From Rhodothermales bacterium (GTDB lineage: Bacteria; Bacteroidota; Rhodothermia; Rhodothermales; JABDKH01): 64,000 bases of DNA. The stretch is taken from positions 425-64,424 of the forward strand of contig JABDKO010000027.1 in the NCBI GenBank assembly GCA_013002165.1, in the 5' to 3' direction. How positions within the stretch are numbered: position 1 is the stretch's first letter; each line of letters starts with the position of its first letter. Shown here piece by piece: positions 48,586 through 59,196 of this stretch. The notes beneath the pieces were generated by a model. It saw only the letters and a list, made by a program, of their open reading frames with translations. It searched no databases and was not told the origin of the DNA. The translations under genes were made by a program, and so were the position numbers.

Positions 48586-49184
48586 AGTTGGATACCGACA
48601 AAGTTTTCCAGCAGTTTGGATCCAGTGCTCCCGGACCGTTCCGGGTGAAATTGTACACCAAAAAAATTCTCTCTCTCAACAGCGACCGAAAATGTACTCC
48701 CGTACATACACGAGGCTGTCGTATCCGGTATGACAGGAAGTGCATACGAGTGAACGAAGTAAAATCGGCTGGAGTCGGGAATACCGCCGAAAAGTTTCGA
48801 TTGGGATTTGACGTCAACCGTATTCCAGCCCATGTGCGGGAGAACCGTTCCACCGGCGTTGGACAGCTTTTCAACGGTCGTCTCAAAGATGCCGAGACAG
48901 TCAGTATTACTCTCGGCCGATTCCGTTGCCATCATTTGCATCCCGAGGCATATCCCCAGGACGGGACACTTGAGATCCTTGATGACCGACTCCAGGTTCA
49001 AGTCTCTAATTCCTTTCATTCCGGCGCCGGCCGATCCTACGCCTGGAAGAACAACCCGGCTCGCTGATGCTATCTGTGAAGCTTCGGATGTAACTGCCGC
49101 GTGAACACCCAATCTTTCAAAAGCAAAGACCACCGATGCTATATTCGCACAGCCTGTGTCTACAACTGCCACTGATTCAGTCAT
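48582..49184 (-). CDS. hisH: Imidazole glycerol phosphate synthase, glutamine amidotransferase subunit
   Basis: Start ATG 49184 ([18 protein letters not shown]) overlaps the hisB stop (ATGA). GICLGMQ nucleophile, HMGWN, FVHSY, GVQFHPE. Confidence 0.93.
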
Positions 49185-50248
49185 AAGATCCCCTTGCTGC
49201 TTGGCAGTGAGTCGCCGTCTTGCCTGATAGCCTGCCCGAGAGCGCGGCCAAAACACTTGAACAACGACTCAACCTTGTGATGCGTGTTTTCGCCAACAGC
49301 CGACAAATGGACCGTTGCATGCATTGCAAATGCAAGCGACTGAAAGAAATGCTCCACCATCTCCGTACTCATCGTCCCGAGATGTTCGCGATCGAATTTG
49401 GCGTCAAATTTGATGAAGGGGCGGCCCGACAGGTCGAGTAGACATTGTGCAGAAGCTTCGTCCATGGGTAGAGCAAAGCCGAACCGTTGTATGCCTTTCT
49501 TTTCTCCGAGTGCTTGTCGAATCGCTTGACCCAGCACTATCCCGGTATCCTCCATGGTATGATGATCATCGATCTCGAGGTCACCGTCAACAGAGATAAT
49601 CATGCTGAAGCCGGCGTGCGTCGCAATCTGGTCCAGCATATGGTCGAAAAAACCGATGCCGGTCGATATTTCGCGGGGATCGTTTTCATCGAGGTTGATT
49701 TCGACAGACACGCGCGTCTCGTTGGTGCTTCTCTCAATCAACGCTGTTCGTCCCTTTCCGGTCAGACTGGAAACTATCTGCTGCCAACCGTTCGAATCAC
49801 GGTTGTACAGTACGCCCTTGATGCCCATCCTTTTTGCCAATTCGATATCCGTCTCGCGATCGCCGATTACCACAGACGTGCTTAATTCATAGGATCTCTC
49901 GCGCATGTACTGATCGACCAGGCCCGTTTCAGGCTTTCGACATCGGCACTTTTCGTCTGGAAGGTGAGTGCAGATTAATACCTCTTCAAAAGTGACTCCC
50001 TGTGACGAAAACGCCTCCATCATTTTTTGATGCGGAACGTCAAAACTTTCTTGCGGGAAGGACGCCGTCCCAAGTCCATCCTGGTTCGTGATCATGACCA
50101 GCGAATATCCCATCGACTGAAGTGACAACAGTGCAGGAATCACCATTGGCTCTAGAGATAGTTTTTCGAGCGAGTCGACCTGGTAGTTGTCAGCTGGCTC
50201 ATTGATGAGCGTGCCGTCCCGGTCAACGAAGATATATTTTTTGCTCAC
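49181..50248 (-). CDS. hisB: Bifunctional histidinol-phosphatase (HAD) / imidazoleglycerol-phosphate dehydratase
   Basis: N-terminal [12 protein letters not shown] (HAD DxDGT) with the C..C.CRKP zinc motif. The C-terminal IGPD text is GIGFFDHML...HH..E...I.LG.A. Confidence 0.93.
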   Translation of the reverse strand: MSKKYIFVDRDGTLINEPADNYQVDSLEKLSLEPMVIPALLSLQSMGYSLVMITNQDGLGTASFPQESFDVPHQKMMEAFSSQGVTFEEVLICTHLPDEKCRCRKPETGLVDQYMRERSYELSTSVVIGDRETDIELAKRMGIKGVLYNRDSNGWQQIVSSLTGKGRTALIERSTNETRVSVEINLDENDPREISTGIGFFDHMLDQIATHAGFSMIISVDGDLEIDDHHTMEDTGIVLGQAIRQALGEKKGIQRFGFALPMDEASAQCLLDLSGRPFIKFDAKFDREHLGTMSTEMVEHFFQSLAFAMHATVHLSAVGENTHHKVESLFKCFGRALGQAIRQDGDSLPSSKGIL

Positions 50249-51561
50249 TGTACCTTCCTCCCCGCTGCGGTTTGTAAATGTTGGAGGCGAATCGATACGG
50301 CGTTCCGGTGGCCTTCAAGTTCCTCCAATGACGCGAGTGCCTCGATCGCCGGACCAATGTTCTGAATACCCTGCGACGATAGTTTCTGAACGGTCATCGT
50401 TTTCTGAAAGTCCGCAAGAGTGAGTCCCGACGTAGCGATCGCCGTACCGTTTGTAGGAAGAACATGGTTTGTCCCTGACGCATAGTCACCAGATGACTCG
50501 GGGGTCCACTGCCCGACAAATATCGACCCGGCGTTTTGGATGAAAGCTACCAGATCATCTGCATCCGCCGTATTGATAATGAGATGTTCAGGAGCATATC
50601 TATTAGCAATGGCAGCGGCAGTCGAGGTTGAGACACATATAATCGTTAATGATGATTGCAGTGCTTTTTCTGCAATCTCGCGTCGCGGCAGCGATGACAA
50701 CTGGTTTGCAATTGCAGTGTCTACACGGTCAGCGAATGCCACAGATGGTGTGACCAGAACGACCTGTGAATCAACTCCATGCTCGGCTTGCGATAGCAGA
50801 TCTGCTGCGACGAAATCGGGTTCCGCGGTCTGGTCGGCGATAACCATCAACTCGGTCGGTCCAGCTACCATGTCGATTGCCGCACCGTTAGAATCCGCTG
50901 CTATTTGTCGCTTGGCTTCCGTGACGTAGCTGTTGCCCGGGCCATAGATCTTCGAAACTCGTGGAATCGACTCTGTCCCGTACGCCATGGCTGCAATTGC
51001 CTGTGCACCGCCAACCTGAAATATCTCTGTGACACCACAAAGTGATGCTGTGTAGAGAATTGCCGGATTAACCGGTGGAGGTGAACACAAGACTATTCGG
51101 GTGCACCCTGCAATTGAGGCTGGGACGCCCATCATCAGCACTGAGGACACTAGCGGTGCTGTGCCGCCGGGGACATAAAGTCCGACACTGGGAATGGGTC
51201 GACGAATCAGTCTGCAGGCAACCCCTGTGTTGGTTTCGACGTCAAGGTCTGGCTGGGCCTGAGCCGTGTGGAATAATTCAATCGCTTTACGTGCACGGTC
51301 AATTGCATCGAGTGAGGTCGCGTCTAGATGACGCTTTGCATCCTCGATTTCTCTCACAGAAACACGGATATTTGAGAGCTCGATACCGTCGAACTTGCTT
51401 GTATAACGAAGCAGTGCATGGTCCCCTTCCTCGCGTACCGCATTCACTATTGCCCGAACGGTGCTGGTAACCGTATCAGTCGATTCAAACCGGGGACGAG
51501 CAAGGACATTCGTCCTGTCTTCAGGGGCGGTGTCGCTCCAATCGATTCGTTTCATGGTCAT
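50245..51561 (-). CDS. hisD: Histidinol dehydrogenase
   Basis: 438 aa. ...[15 protein letters not shown]..., [18 protein letters not shown], and [14 protein letters not shown] are canonical HisD blocks. Confidence 0.95.
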   Translation of the reverse strand: MTMKRIDWSDTAPEDRTNVLARPRFESTDTVTSTVRAIVNAVREEGDHALLRYTSKFDGIELSNIRVSVREIEDAKRHLDATSLDAIDRARKAIELFHTAQAQPDLDVETNTGVACRLIRRPIPSVGLYVPGGTAPLVSSVLMMGVPASIAGCTRIVLCSPPPVNPAILYTASLCGVTEIFQVGGAQAIAAMAYGTESIPRVSKIYGPGNSYVTEAKRQIAADSNGAAIDMVAGPTELMVIADQTAEPDFVAADLLSQAEHGVDSQVVLVTPSVAFADRVDTAIANQLSSLPRREIAEKALQSSLTIICVSTSTAAAIANRYAPEHLIINTADADDLVAFIQNAGSIFVGQWTPESSGDYASGTNHVLPTNGTAIATSGLTLADFQKTMTVQKLSSQGIQNIGPAIEALASLEELEGHRNAVSIRLQHLQTAAGRKVQ

Positions 51562-52457
51562 GCAAGCATTTTTTCAATTGGAAGCACGAGGATAGATGTG
51601 GCACCCAGTTTTTGCAGTTCTTCCATCGTCTCCCAGAACAAATTCTCGCGGCTCACAACGTGAACGGCAACTTTGTCAGGCGAACTGGACAGTGACAGGA
51701 TTGTCGGGTCCTCGGCACCGGGTAGAATCGCGACAATCTCATCCAGGCGACTCTTTGGCGCATGCAGCATAATGTATTTGGATTCGCGAGCACTGATAAC
51801 TCCCCGAAACCTTGTAAGAAGTTTGCGAACAAGATCCTCCTGTTCATCTGAAAGGTGACGAGCTGTTCGAACGAGAACGGCCGTTGATTCGAAGATCGTT
51901 TCGACTTCTCTGAGGCCATTCGCTTCGAGGGTTACGCCCGTTGAGACAATATCACATATTGCATCTGCCAGCCCTGCCCTCGGTGCTATTTCAACTGCAC
52001 CGTTAAGGTCACATGTTTGAAAAGTCACGCCCTTTCCGGACAAATACGATTCGAGCAGGCGTGGATAGGACGTGGCAATCCGCTTTGAAGCGAGCGAATG
52101 AGGGCCATCGTATGATGTGTCGTCCGGCACTGCAATTGAAACCCGGCAGTTGCCAAAGTCAAGATTTTCGAGTTCTCGAAAGGCGCCCGAGCCTGCAGCA
52201 GACTTTCTTCCAAGTGCTGCCTCGCGAAGGACATTCCTGCCGACGATGCCGAGGTCTACTACGTCATCCATGACAAGTCCCGGGATGTCGTCGTCGCGGA
52301 CAAAAAGAACGTCGATTGGCAGGGCGTCACAGTGCGCAATGAATCGGTCCCGGCGTTTCCGAATTCGAAGACCCGACCTTTTGAGCAATTCAAGAGAATC
52401 ATCACTAAGGCGTCCCGATTTTTGAATCGCAAGCCTCAGTCTAGTTTTTGCAGCCAT
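51558..52457 (-). CDS. hisG: ATP phosphoribosyltransferase, long form
   Basis: Start ATG 52457 gives [32 protein letters not shown], close to the enterobacterial HisG N-terminus. A C-terminal regulatory domain is present. The ORF-track start 52511 would run through the terminator hairpin. Confidence 0.93.
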   Translation of the reverse strand: MAAKTRLRLAIQKSGRLSDDSLELLKRSGLRIRKRRDRFIAHCDALPIDVLFVRDDDIPGLVMDDVVDLGIVGRNVLREAALGRKSAAGSGAFRELENLDFGNCRVSIAVPDDTSYDGPHSLASKRIATSYPRLLESYLSGKGVTFQTCDLNGAVEIAPRAGLADAICDIVSTGVTLEANGLREVETIFESTAVLVRTARHLSDEQEDLVRKLLTRFRGVISARESKYIMLHAPKSRLDEIVAILPGAEDPTILSLSSSPDKVAVHVVSRENLFWETMEELQKLGATSILVLPIEKMLA

Positions 52458-52470
52458 AAAAGTTGATTGA

Positions 52471-52502
52471 AATAAAAAACCCCCGGAGGTCAATCCCGAG
52501 GG
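52471..52502 (-). terminator. Intrinsic terminator of the his leader (attenuator), 13 nt upstream of the hisG ATG
   Basis: The minus-strand RNA is CCCUCGG-GAUUGACCU-CCGGGGG (7-bp stem, one G-U pair), followed by UUUUUUAUUU. Confidence 0.7.
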
Positions 52503-52575
52503 TACTTTCAATCAATGACTGTGACCGCTGGAATAGACCATAACATCATCTTCCAGCTCTGTTGGAGTCAGAAGA

Positions 52576-52614
52576 CTACATCAAATGATGATGATGATGC
52601 GTCCGGATGGCCAT
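52576..52614 (-). CDS. hisL: his operon leader peptide, 12 codons with five consecutive His codons (MAIRTHHHHHLM)
   Basis: Hand translation of the minus strand: ATG GCC ATC CGG ACG CAT CAT CAT CAT CAT TTG ATG TAG. It lies about 120 nt upstream of hisG and is followed by hairpins and the terminator at 52471-52502. It is too short for the ORF track. Confidence 0.7.
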   Translation of the reverse strand: MAIRTHHHHHLM

Positions 52615-52745
52615 TTCTGATCTATTGTTAGCGTCCATTGAACCCACAAGATATGATGACTGCCCATCACTTTGCAAATCTACCCGGCAGGATGTCAGCC
52701 TTTCGCCAGATCTTAATTTGTCAACCGACTGCCGCTGCCTTTATC

Positions 52746-53426
52746 CTATTCCGGAGGGCCTAGCAGGGCAAGGTCGGCGACGCCTTTCCGTACTGCATGC
52801 ATGAACTGCTCACCCGGATCGGTCTTTTTCGTCCTGTAGGATGGGTCAACCTCGAGAAAGAGCGGGTGATTTTCAAATAACATGTATTCGTAGTGTCCTA
52901 TCAGGTATTCGATTGACGCATGTTTATTGCGTAGGTATCGAACAAGCCAGATGTTTGCCGCAACCTGCCTATCCGTCAAATCCGCCTCTCCGTTTCGGCC
53001 CCCGACGTTCTCGATTCCAATTGCAGAATAATTCAGTCCGATGCAATGTCGTGCCATCCAGGTCTCAGGCATCAAACGCATGATCGTTCCATCTCTGTCG
53101 ACAAGGAAATGTGCAGACACGTTTACTTGACCGGCGCCGGCCAACTCGGGCCGTGATCCTTGCAGGGTTTCCGTATCGAACGTTTCAAAGGAAACATCGG
53201 CATCGTCTATCGCGGTCCAATGAAGTACTATCATTCGGGGAACGATGGTTATCTCATCAACCTGAATGTTGTATCGCTGGCTGATGTACGCCAGTGTCCC
53301 ATCGATGCGTGACTCGGAGAAAGAGATGCGCTTGTCGATGATCTCGGTAGAATGACCGCACCCGGCAGCTATCGGCATGCACAGAACAATGATCAATGCC
53401 AGGGTGGTGTCCGAGTGTCGTTGCAT
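52746..53426 (-). CDS. N-acetylmuramoyl-L-alanine amidase (amidase_2 / PGRP-AmpD fold), lipoprotein
   Basis: Start ATG 53426 gives MQRHSDTTLALIIVLCMPIAAGC (lipobox). VLHWTA...SAHFLVDRDGTI...ARHCIGLNYSAIGIENVG is amidase_2 text. Confidence 0.8.
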   Translation of the reverse strand: MQRHSDTTLALIIVLCMPIAAGCGHSTEIIDKRISFSESRIDGTLAYISQRYNIQVDEITIVPRMIVLHWTAIDDADVSFETFDTETLQGSRPELAGAGQVNVSAHFLVDRDGTIMRLMPETWMARHCIGLNYSAIGIENVGGRNGEADLTDRQVAANIWLVRYLRNKHASIEYLIGHYEYMLFENHPLFLEVDPSYRTKKTDPGEQFMHAVRKGVADLALLGPPE

Positions 53427-53440
53427 TCCGTAACCCGCCA

Positions 53441-55279
53441 CTATTTCACCCGGGACCGAAGCCACTCATTCCTGAATGCGATCTGCGTCTCGCTGAGCTC
53501 CATCCCTGCATCCTCAAAAGTGACCACTTCAAGGGTCATGTTTTCGGCGACAGGTACGGATGATGTATACGTGTCACCCCTCTGAGTATAGGTGATACTG
53601 ACTGTATCCCCCGGTGCGATGTCATCAAGCAGAGCACCGAGTTGTTCCAGATCAGTCACGAGCGTTTGATTCAACTGAACGATTGTATCCCCCTGACCAA
53701 CGCCGGCTGCGTACAGTGTCCCGGTTTCCAGAGTTGGACCTGCCACAATTACACCTCCGTCCTCTTCCTCAAGCTGGGCTCCAAGGAATGGCCGGTTGTC
53801 GTACCGCTGGCGAACGTGAAATCCTGCACGCGCAAGCAGGGTTGAATAATCGAAGGCCTCGTGCCCCTCGATGTAATTATCAAATATACCGTCAGCGAAG
53901 GCCCTGTCGTTCACGAGTTCGTAAAGTGCGTTGCGGAGGTCACTGCTAGTGAACGGGATCTCAGTCTCTCCATATTTCCTCCAGAGAAGCTGCATGTAGT
54001 GATCCAGAGTCGTGCCCGGAAATGCCGAGCGGAGCGTGAGATCAAGTCCGAGACCAATAGCGTTTCCGAATGTGTAATACGATATGAATGTGTTGTCGCG
54101 ATTGGTAGGATCGACGGATCGGGCAGCATCGACAAAGGGTGCCTGCATGCTCATTTCCCGGGCTGAAAAGTATTTCCGTCCGGGCAAGTTGACGACAGCG
54201 TTGACGGCCCCTCCAATGCTACTGGCAAACTCACTGTCCGAATTTATACCAGTTCGCCGCATAACCAGAGCCGTATAGTAGCTCGTAAAACCTTCGGAGA
54301 ACCAGAGCTCGCCGGTCATGTTTGCCTCTTCAAAATCGAAGGGCTCCAGATCACTCGGACGCAACCGTTCTACATTCCACTGATGAAAATACTCATGGGC
54401 AAGGGTACCCAGGTTTCTCCTGGCACCTGTGGAGAGCGGCCGTGTGCTTACGATGTAGGTACTATTCCGATGTTCCATACCATCGCCAGCGACGTGTGGC
54501 AGGTAATCGGCCAGAAAAGTGTACGTACCATAATCGTTTTCGGGTAACGCTTCGAAAACCGCAACTTCCTCGTCAACAACTTTCCGAGCCATGTCATAGT
54601 ACGTGTCAACTTCGACCTCCGACTCTGCGTGGTGAACAACCAGATTAACCGTGGTGGAACGATCACCCATCTCAACATTCCACGAGCGCACATCGTGGTC
54701 GCTTATCTCAATCGGGCTATCGAGAAAATAGTAGAGGTCTGGTGCGGTAAAGACGGTTTCGTTCGCTGTTGGCACCAGTTGTGTCGCGACTTTCCACGAC
54801 TCATTCGGAAGGCTAAACGAAACACGAATTGGTACGTCGCTAAACTGTCTCGCAAACATGAACGTCGCCGGTATATTGAGATGCGCGTGGGTCCGGTCAA
54901 TTCCCGAGTATGTTCCACCTGCACGATCAGCGAACAGTGTATAACGTAACACAACCTTGTTGCCCGTGGCAACGACATTCCACTGGTGCGGATTCGGGCG
55001 TTCGATATCCAGAATCGCTCCTGAACCATCGTGAGCTTCGACGCTGTAGACATTCTTCGCGAACTCGTGCAGTGCATAACGTCCCGGCGACGTACGACTC
55101 ATCCTGAATTCAACCAGCTCTCCACTACGAGTACCGTCAACTGTCATCGAGATCTCAGCTTCGTGGTGTTCAGGCCTGGGAAAAGACACATCGTAGGTCA
55201 CCTCTCTCTGGGCGGAAGCGGGGATGACAAGGATCGAAAGGGCGAGCACTATCCCGAGTACTGGTTTCATTTTACTCAT
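53441..55279 (-). CDS. M61 glycyl aminopeptidase-family metallopeptidase with C-terminal PDZ domain (secreted)
   Basis: HEYFHQWNVERLRP (M61-type HExxH context), signal peptide MSKMKPVLGIVLALSILVIPASA, and PDZ-like text ...YAAGVGQGDTIVQLNQTLV.... Confidence 0.85.
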   Translation of the reverse strand: MSKMKPVLGIVLALSILVIPASAQREVTYDVSFPRPEHHEAEISMTVDGTRSGELVEFRMSRTSPGRYALHEFAKNVYSVEAHDGSGAILDIERPNPHQWNVVATGNKVVLRYTLFADRAGGTYSGIDRTHAHLNIPATFMFARQFSDVPIRVSFSLPNESWKVATQLVPTANETVFTAPDLYYFLDSPIEISDHDVRSWNVEMGDRSTTVNLVVHHAESEVEVDTYYDMARKVVDEEVAVFEALPENDYGTYTFLADYLPHVAGDGMEHRNSTYIVSTRPLSTGARRNLGTLAHEYFHQWNVERLRPSDLEPFDFEEANMTGELWFSEGFTSYYTALVMRRTGINSDSEFASSIGGAVNAVVNLPGRKYFSAREMSMQAPFVDAARSVDPTNRDNTFISYYTFGNAIGLGLDLTLRSAFPGTTLDHYMQLLWRKYGETEIPFTSSDLRNALYELVNDRAFADGIFDNYIEGHEAFDYSTLLARAGFHVRQRYDNRPFLGAQLEEEDGGVIVAGPTLETGTLYAAGVGQGDTIVQLNQTLVTDLEQLGALLDDIAPGDTVSITYTQRGDTYTSSVPVAENMTLEVVTFEDAGMELSETQIAFRNEWLRSRVK

Positions 55280-56849
55280 TTATTTTTCGGAGTATCTCAT
55301 CAAGTGATTCGATCTTGTCGTCACCGGATGCGCGTATTTGTTTATAGGATTCATAAGCCGCGTGCGCGTCAGTCATTCTGTTTGACATCGCGCTGGAGAT
55401 CGCAAGCCCGCGAAGTGAGAGTGCGCGTTTTGGAGCTCTTGTCAGGGCAGCCTGAAATGCGTCGCCAGCCTCATCGTACCTGCCTGCCTCGAGCAATACT
55501 TCGCCGAGCATCTCATGACTGGGTTTGACGATGTCCGGCGGACCATATTCGAATGGAAGCGACTCTTCCAGCACTACAGCACCATTAAGAAGATCAACTG
55601 CCTGGGTGAAGTTTCCCTGTTCAGCGAGAATCTTTGCTTTCAACTCTGCAGCAAATATCTCTATGATCACCGCCGAACGTGAGTCATCTTCCGAGTTGCG
55701 AAGGGCTTCCCTCACTTCTTCGAGTTGACGCTCCGCAGCTATGGCGTCACCTTCCGCTATAGCCGCAAGGCCTTCGGCAAATGCCTCGACGGCCGCGATA
55801 CGATTACCAACTTCCTCGGTATCGGTCGACACGTTGATCAGGTCGCTGCTCCAATTTTCAGAATTGATAATGTATGCGGCTTTCATGGATAACAGATAAC
55901 TGCGCATCCTGTTAGTGGCATCCTCCTGAATATCTTCGTCAACCGACCGAATCAACTCCTCCGAGTCCGCAAATCGTCCCTGCTGCAGATAGGCGTAACT
56001 CAACCAGGCTATAGCGTGAAAGCTGCGCTGACTCTTGCCCAAAGACTTCCGAATCCTGCGGGCCTCGGCTGCTTTCCACGACCGCTCGTTCAGCTCTGCT
56101 ACGCGGTCCCACATCCCTAATGCAACAAAAATATGCGACGGCATATGCAGGGCATGTGCCGCATCAGGCGCTATGTCCGAGTATGCTTCTGCGGCTCGCA
56201 GGCCCAGAGGTGCATGCACGGGATCATCATAGGAGTGAATCAGATAATGTGCGGCACCCGGATGTTTCGGATTTTCGGCGAACACCTCTTCAGCAATTGC
56301 GGCAGCTCTCATGTACGCGGAGAAATCACGAGTGCCTCTCTGTTCACCGAGGATGGAAAGCGCGTAGAATGCCGCAATCTCATGATCCCCGGGATACTTA
56401 AGGTGGAGACGATGCATAGCCTGTCGGTACTGTGAAAGGTTATTACCGACATCCCCATCGACAAAAAGCTGCTCAGCGGCAGACAGTAGATCCTTTTCGC
56501 GCCGGGTAGATGCCTTCTCCAGTCGCAACTCCGGCGTCGGGGCAAGGTTATTTAGAACGGCTCTTGCTTCCTCTCTCATGAGTTGATTCCACACAGGTCG
56601 ATAGAGAGTCATAGCCTCGCCCCAGTATGCCATCGCGAAGTCTGACTCTATCGCTTGCGCAGCTTTAAACTGCTCTGCCGCATCCTCGTACTCAAAACTG
56701 TGCAGAAGCAAAACACCTGTTGTAAACAAGTCGTGTGCTTCGGGACCGCCCGATGTGGCGAAGTCTATAGAGCCCAGAACTTGCTGGCCGGAGGCACCCG
56801 GAACTATGCTCGCCGTAAGGAGCAGACATGCTATCAATACTCGTGTCAT
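55272..56849 (-). CDS. Secreted TPR/helical-repeat protein
   Basis: 525 aa, signal peptide MTRVLIACLLLTASIVPGASG, with helical-repeat text throughout. The stop overlaps the M61 start by 8 nt. Confidence 0.6.
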   Translation of the reverse strand: MTRVLIACLLLTASIVPGASGQQVLGSIDFATSGGPEAHDLFTTGVLLLHSFEYEDAAEQFKAAQAIESDFAMAYWGEAMTLYRPVWNQLMREEARAVLNNLAPTPELRLEKASTRREKDLLSAAEQLFVDGDVGNNLSQYRQAMHRLHLKYPGDHEIAAFYALSILGEQRGTRDFSAYMRAAAIAEEVFAENPKHPGAAHYLIHSYDDPVHAPLGLRAAEAYSDIAPDAAHALHMPSHIFVALGMWDRVAELNERSWKAAEARRIRKSLGKSQRSFHAIAWLSYAYLQQGRFADSEELIRSVDEDIQEDATNRMRSYLLSMKAAYIINSENWSSDLINVSTDTEEVGNRIAAVEAFAEGLAAIAEGDAIAAERQLEEVREALRNSEDDSRSAVIIEIFAAELKAKILAEQGNFTQAVDLLNGAVVLEESLPFEYGPPDIVKPSHEMLGEVLLEAGRYDEAGDAFQAALTRAPKRALSLRGLAISSAMSNRMTDAHAAYESYKQIRASGDDKIESLDEILRKINE

Positions 56850-56891
56850 TAAACGTCAATGTAGATTGGTGAATACAAATAGAACCTCAGG

Positions 56892-57932
56892 TTACCGGAC
56901 TACTACTATGGGTGATGATACAGTTGTTCCGGAATCAACGACCGAAAGCATGTATAATCCAGCTGCCCATGTTGACACATCAATTCTTATCTGAAAAACG
57001 TCAGGTGGTACGACACCTTGATATACTACACGTCCCAGATTATCGTAGACCACAATATCTGAAATCCCGGACTTGACCGACGCAATGGTCAGATTGATAG
57101 TGTCTCCTGCCGGTAGAGGAAAGATGCCGGGGCGACCGGTAGCAGTTTCCAACGTTTCAATACTGGTAGGAATAACGTACAGACTAGCCAGCGGCGTCCC
57201 AAAATCAACTCCGTCTATTTGAGCGAAGACGAGAGTAGTTGTGAGCTGCCCTGTGGCTTCGACCATACCGATCCCGTGAGCAAACACGACTGAAGTATCG
57301 GAAACGACAGAGAACTTCTTTGTTGCTGCAACCTCGACCGGTTGCAGCATGCCGTCTACGGTGAACGAGACCGAGTCGCGAATCTGCCCTTCGACGAGGA
57401 TCAGGTCTGTCGTTTCGGAAGCCAGGAATCCGGAGTAGCACGATTGAAACGATGCAGAGAACACGATGTCTTTTTGACGCGGACCGATCGATCCATTAAC
57501 GACAAGCGATGAATCGGTTACATAGATGTAGTCTGTAATTAACGTGTCCAGGGAGAGAACCGAGTCGCCCGGGGCATGATAATACCGCGAGTCTAATCTG
57601 TAGTAAAAGATATTCTTGAAATAGGCATACCCGACAATCTCACTCCGTTCGGCAGAGATCAAAGAATCACCGTCTGTGACAAGATATTCCCAGATATTGC
57701 CGACCGCCAGTGGTTGGTACATTGTGGCCGACAACGTGTCCACAACTGCGACAGAATCCGGATACGGACAGTCCTGGCCAGCCGACTCCTGGAAAAGACA
57801 ACTATTTGCAACCCCGAGAACAAGCAAAATCCGGATCGAAACAGGAGCGAGTGCGACACGGCAATGGTGCAATCCTTTGATCATTGCTTCGGTCTTGTTC
57901 GCCAAAACACTAAATTGCGGTCTCTTCAACAC
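56892..57932 (-). CDS. Secreted protein with T9SS (Por) type-A C-terminal sorting domain
   Basis: The last 80 aa or so (...INLTIASVKSGISDIVVYDNLGRVVYQGVVPPDVFQIRIDVSTWAAGLYMLSVVDSGTTVSSPIVVVR) follow the T9SS CTD pattern. The N-terminal part is uncharacterised. A possible alternative start is ATG 57884. Confidence 0.65.
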   Translation of the reverse strand: MLKRPQFSVLANKTEAMIKGLHHCRVALAPVSIRILLVLGVANSCLFQESAGQDCPYPDSVAVVDTLSATMYQPLAVGNIWEYLVTDGDSLISAERSEIVGYAYFKNIFYYRLDSRYYHAPGDSVLSLDTLITDYIYVTDSSLVVNGSIGPRQKDIVFSASFQSCYSGFLASETTDLILVEGQIRDSVSFTVDGMLQPVEVAATKKFSVVSDTSVVFAHGIGMVEATGQLTTTLVFAQIDGVDFGTPLASLYVIPTSIETLETATGRPGIFPLPAGDTINLTIASVKSGISDIVVYDNLGRVVYQGVVPPDVFQIRIDVSTWAAGLYMLSVVDSGTTVSSPIVVVR

Positions 57933-57951
57933 GGCTCAACGTTAGATCAAC

Positions 57952-59187
57952 TTGGTTACACATTTGGAAGGTAGTGAGATTTGCCCGAACTGCGGAGCGC
58001 AACTTCAGGGCAATTATTGCAGCAGCTGTGGTCAGAAAAATCAGCCACTTCGGCAACCGATATGGCACTTTATCCGCGACGCCATCGCGGAATATTTTGG
58101 TATAGACGGACGATTCTGGCGAACTCTTTCGAAGCTGTCATTTAGCCCTGGGCAGCTCACCATCGACTATGTGGAAGGCAGAAGGATAAAATATCTGCGG
58201 CCGCTCCGGATTTACTTGATCACCACAGTCGCATTCTTCTTTCTGCTGTCGGTAGTAGATCCCGTACAAAATATAGAAAACGCCGTTACGTCCGGCGCCG
58301 GGTCACAGGCCGATACTACCGCTACGGTCGATTCACGTCTGGATACCATCGAGATACGACTTCGCGATGACAAAACCCGTCTTGCAGGGCAGATTGCATT
58401 TACAGATTCTCTACAAGCGGTGTACGACTCGCTTGAATTCGCATTTAGGTCTGATAGCGCATCGGCTGCGCTGCCTGACTCACTGGTCGAGGATCGACAG
58501 GACCGGTTGGATGACGCGAAGGACGACTGGGAAGACGAGGTCAGAGACCTTGACAGGCTCCGTGAAAGCATCTCGCTTCGTGAGCAAAGATTCCTCTGGC
58601 AGCGGTCGTTCTTGTCAGCACTCCCACCAGATAGCGTTATTAAGCCAGCAGAATACCACAATGCCGCGGTGAGATTGTACCCGGATGCTAATGCTGGAAC
58701 GAATATTAATTTGCCCGAGTGGTTTCCGGAGAGCACAGCAATTCGCCGAATTCGTGCTGCTCGTACGGACGCGGAAAAGCGCTCAGCATTTAGTGATTTT
58801 GGCAGAGGAGTAATTGAAAAACTGCCGATCGCAATCTTCATTATGCTGCCGATATTCGCCCTGCTGATGAAGATAATATTCCTTCGAAGGAACTGGTTTT
58901 ATACAGAGCATCTGGTCTTCGGGCTGCATTCGCATGCGTTCGCGTTCTTGATATTTAGTCTCATGGCAGTCACTACCGGTGTGTCCGACGGTGCCATGTG
59001 GTCTGACCAATTATCGCTCGTCCTGATGCTGATACTTTATCTCTACTTCCTCGTGGCGATGAAGCGCGTTTACAAGCAGGGATGGATCAAAACAATTTTC
59101 AAGTCACTGCTTCTCGGTACGGTGTATAACTTCGTTATGCTGATCGGAATCATTGTTGCCTTGATACTTGCCGCGGCAATTGACTGA
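57952..59187 (+). CDS. DUF3667-like membrane protein with N-terminal zinc ribbon
   Basis: CPNCGAQLQGNYCSSCGQK zinc ribbon followed by PGQLTIDYVEGRRIKYLRPLRIYL and several TM helices. Non-ATG (TTG) start in the ORF track. Confidence 0.7.
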   Translation: MVTHLEGSEICPNCGAQLQGNYCSSCGQKNQPLRQPIWHFIRDAIAEYFGIDGRFWRTLSKLSFSPGQLTIDYVEGRRIKYLRPLRIYLITTVAFFFLLSVVDPVQNIENAVTSGAGSQADTTATVDSRLDTIEIRLRDDKTRLAGQIAFTDSLQAVYDSLEFAFRSDSASAALPDSLVEDRQDRLDDAKDDWEDEVRDLDRLRESISLREQRFLWQRSFLSALPPDSVIKPAEYHNAAVRLYPDANAGTNINLPEWFPESTAIRRIRAARTDAEKRSAFSDFGRGVIEKLPIAIFIMLPIFALLMKIIFLRRNWFYTEHLVFGLHSHAFAFLIFSLMAVTTGVSDGAMWSDQLSLVLMLILYLYFLVAMKRVYKQGWIKTIFKSLLLGTVYNFVMLIGIIVALILAAAID

Positions 59188-59196
59188 GGCTGGTTC

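Noticed and set aside
52585-52599. ATGATGATGATGATG microsatellite on the plus strand, and the 65-aa plus-strand ORF at 52607-52804
   Set aside because: The repeat is the reverse complement of five in-frame CAT (His) codons of the his leader peptide, so it is functional rather than a slippage repeat. The plus-strand ORF has no support.
58212-58841. 209-aa minus-strand Ser/Arg-rich ORF
   Set aside because: Antisense to the DUF3667 gene, with low-complexity composition.
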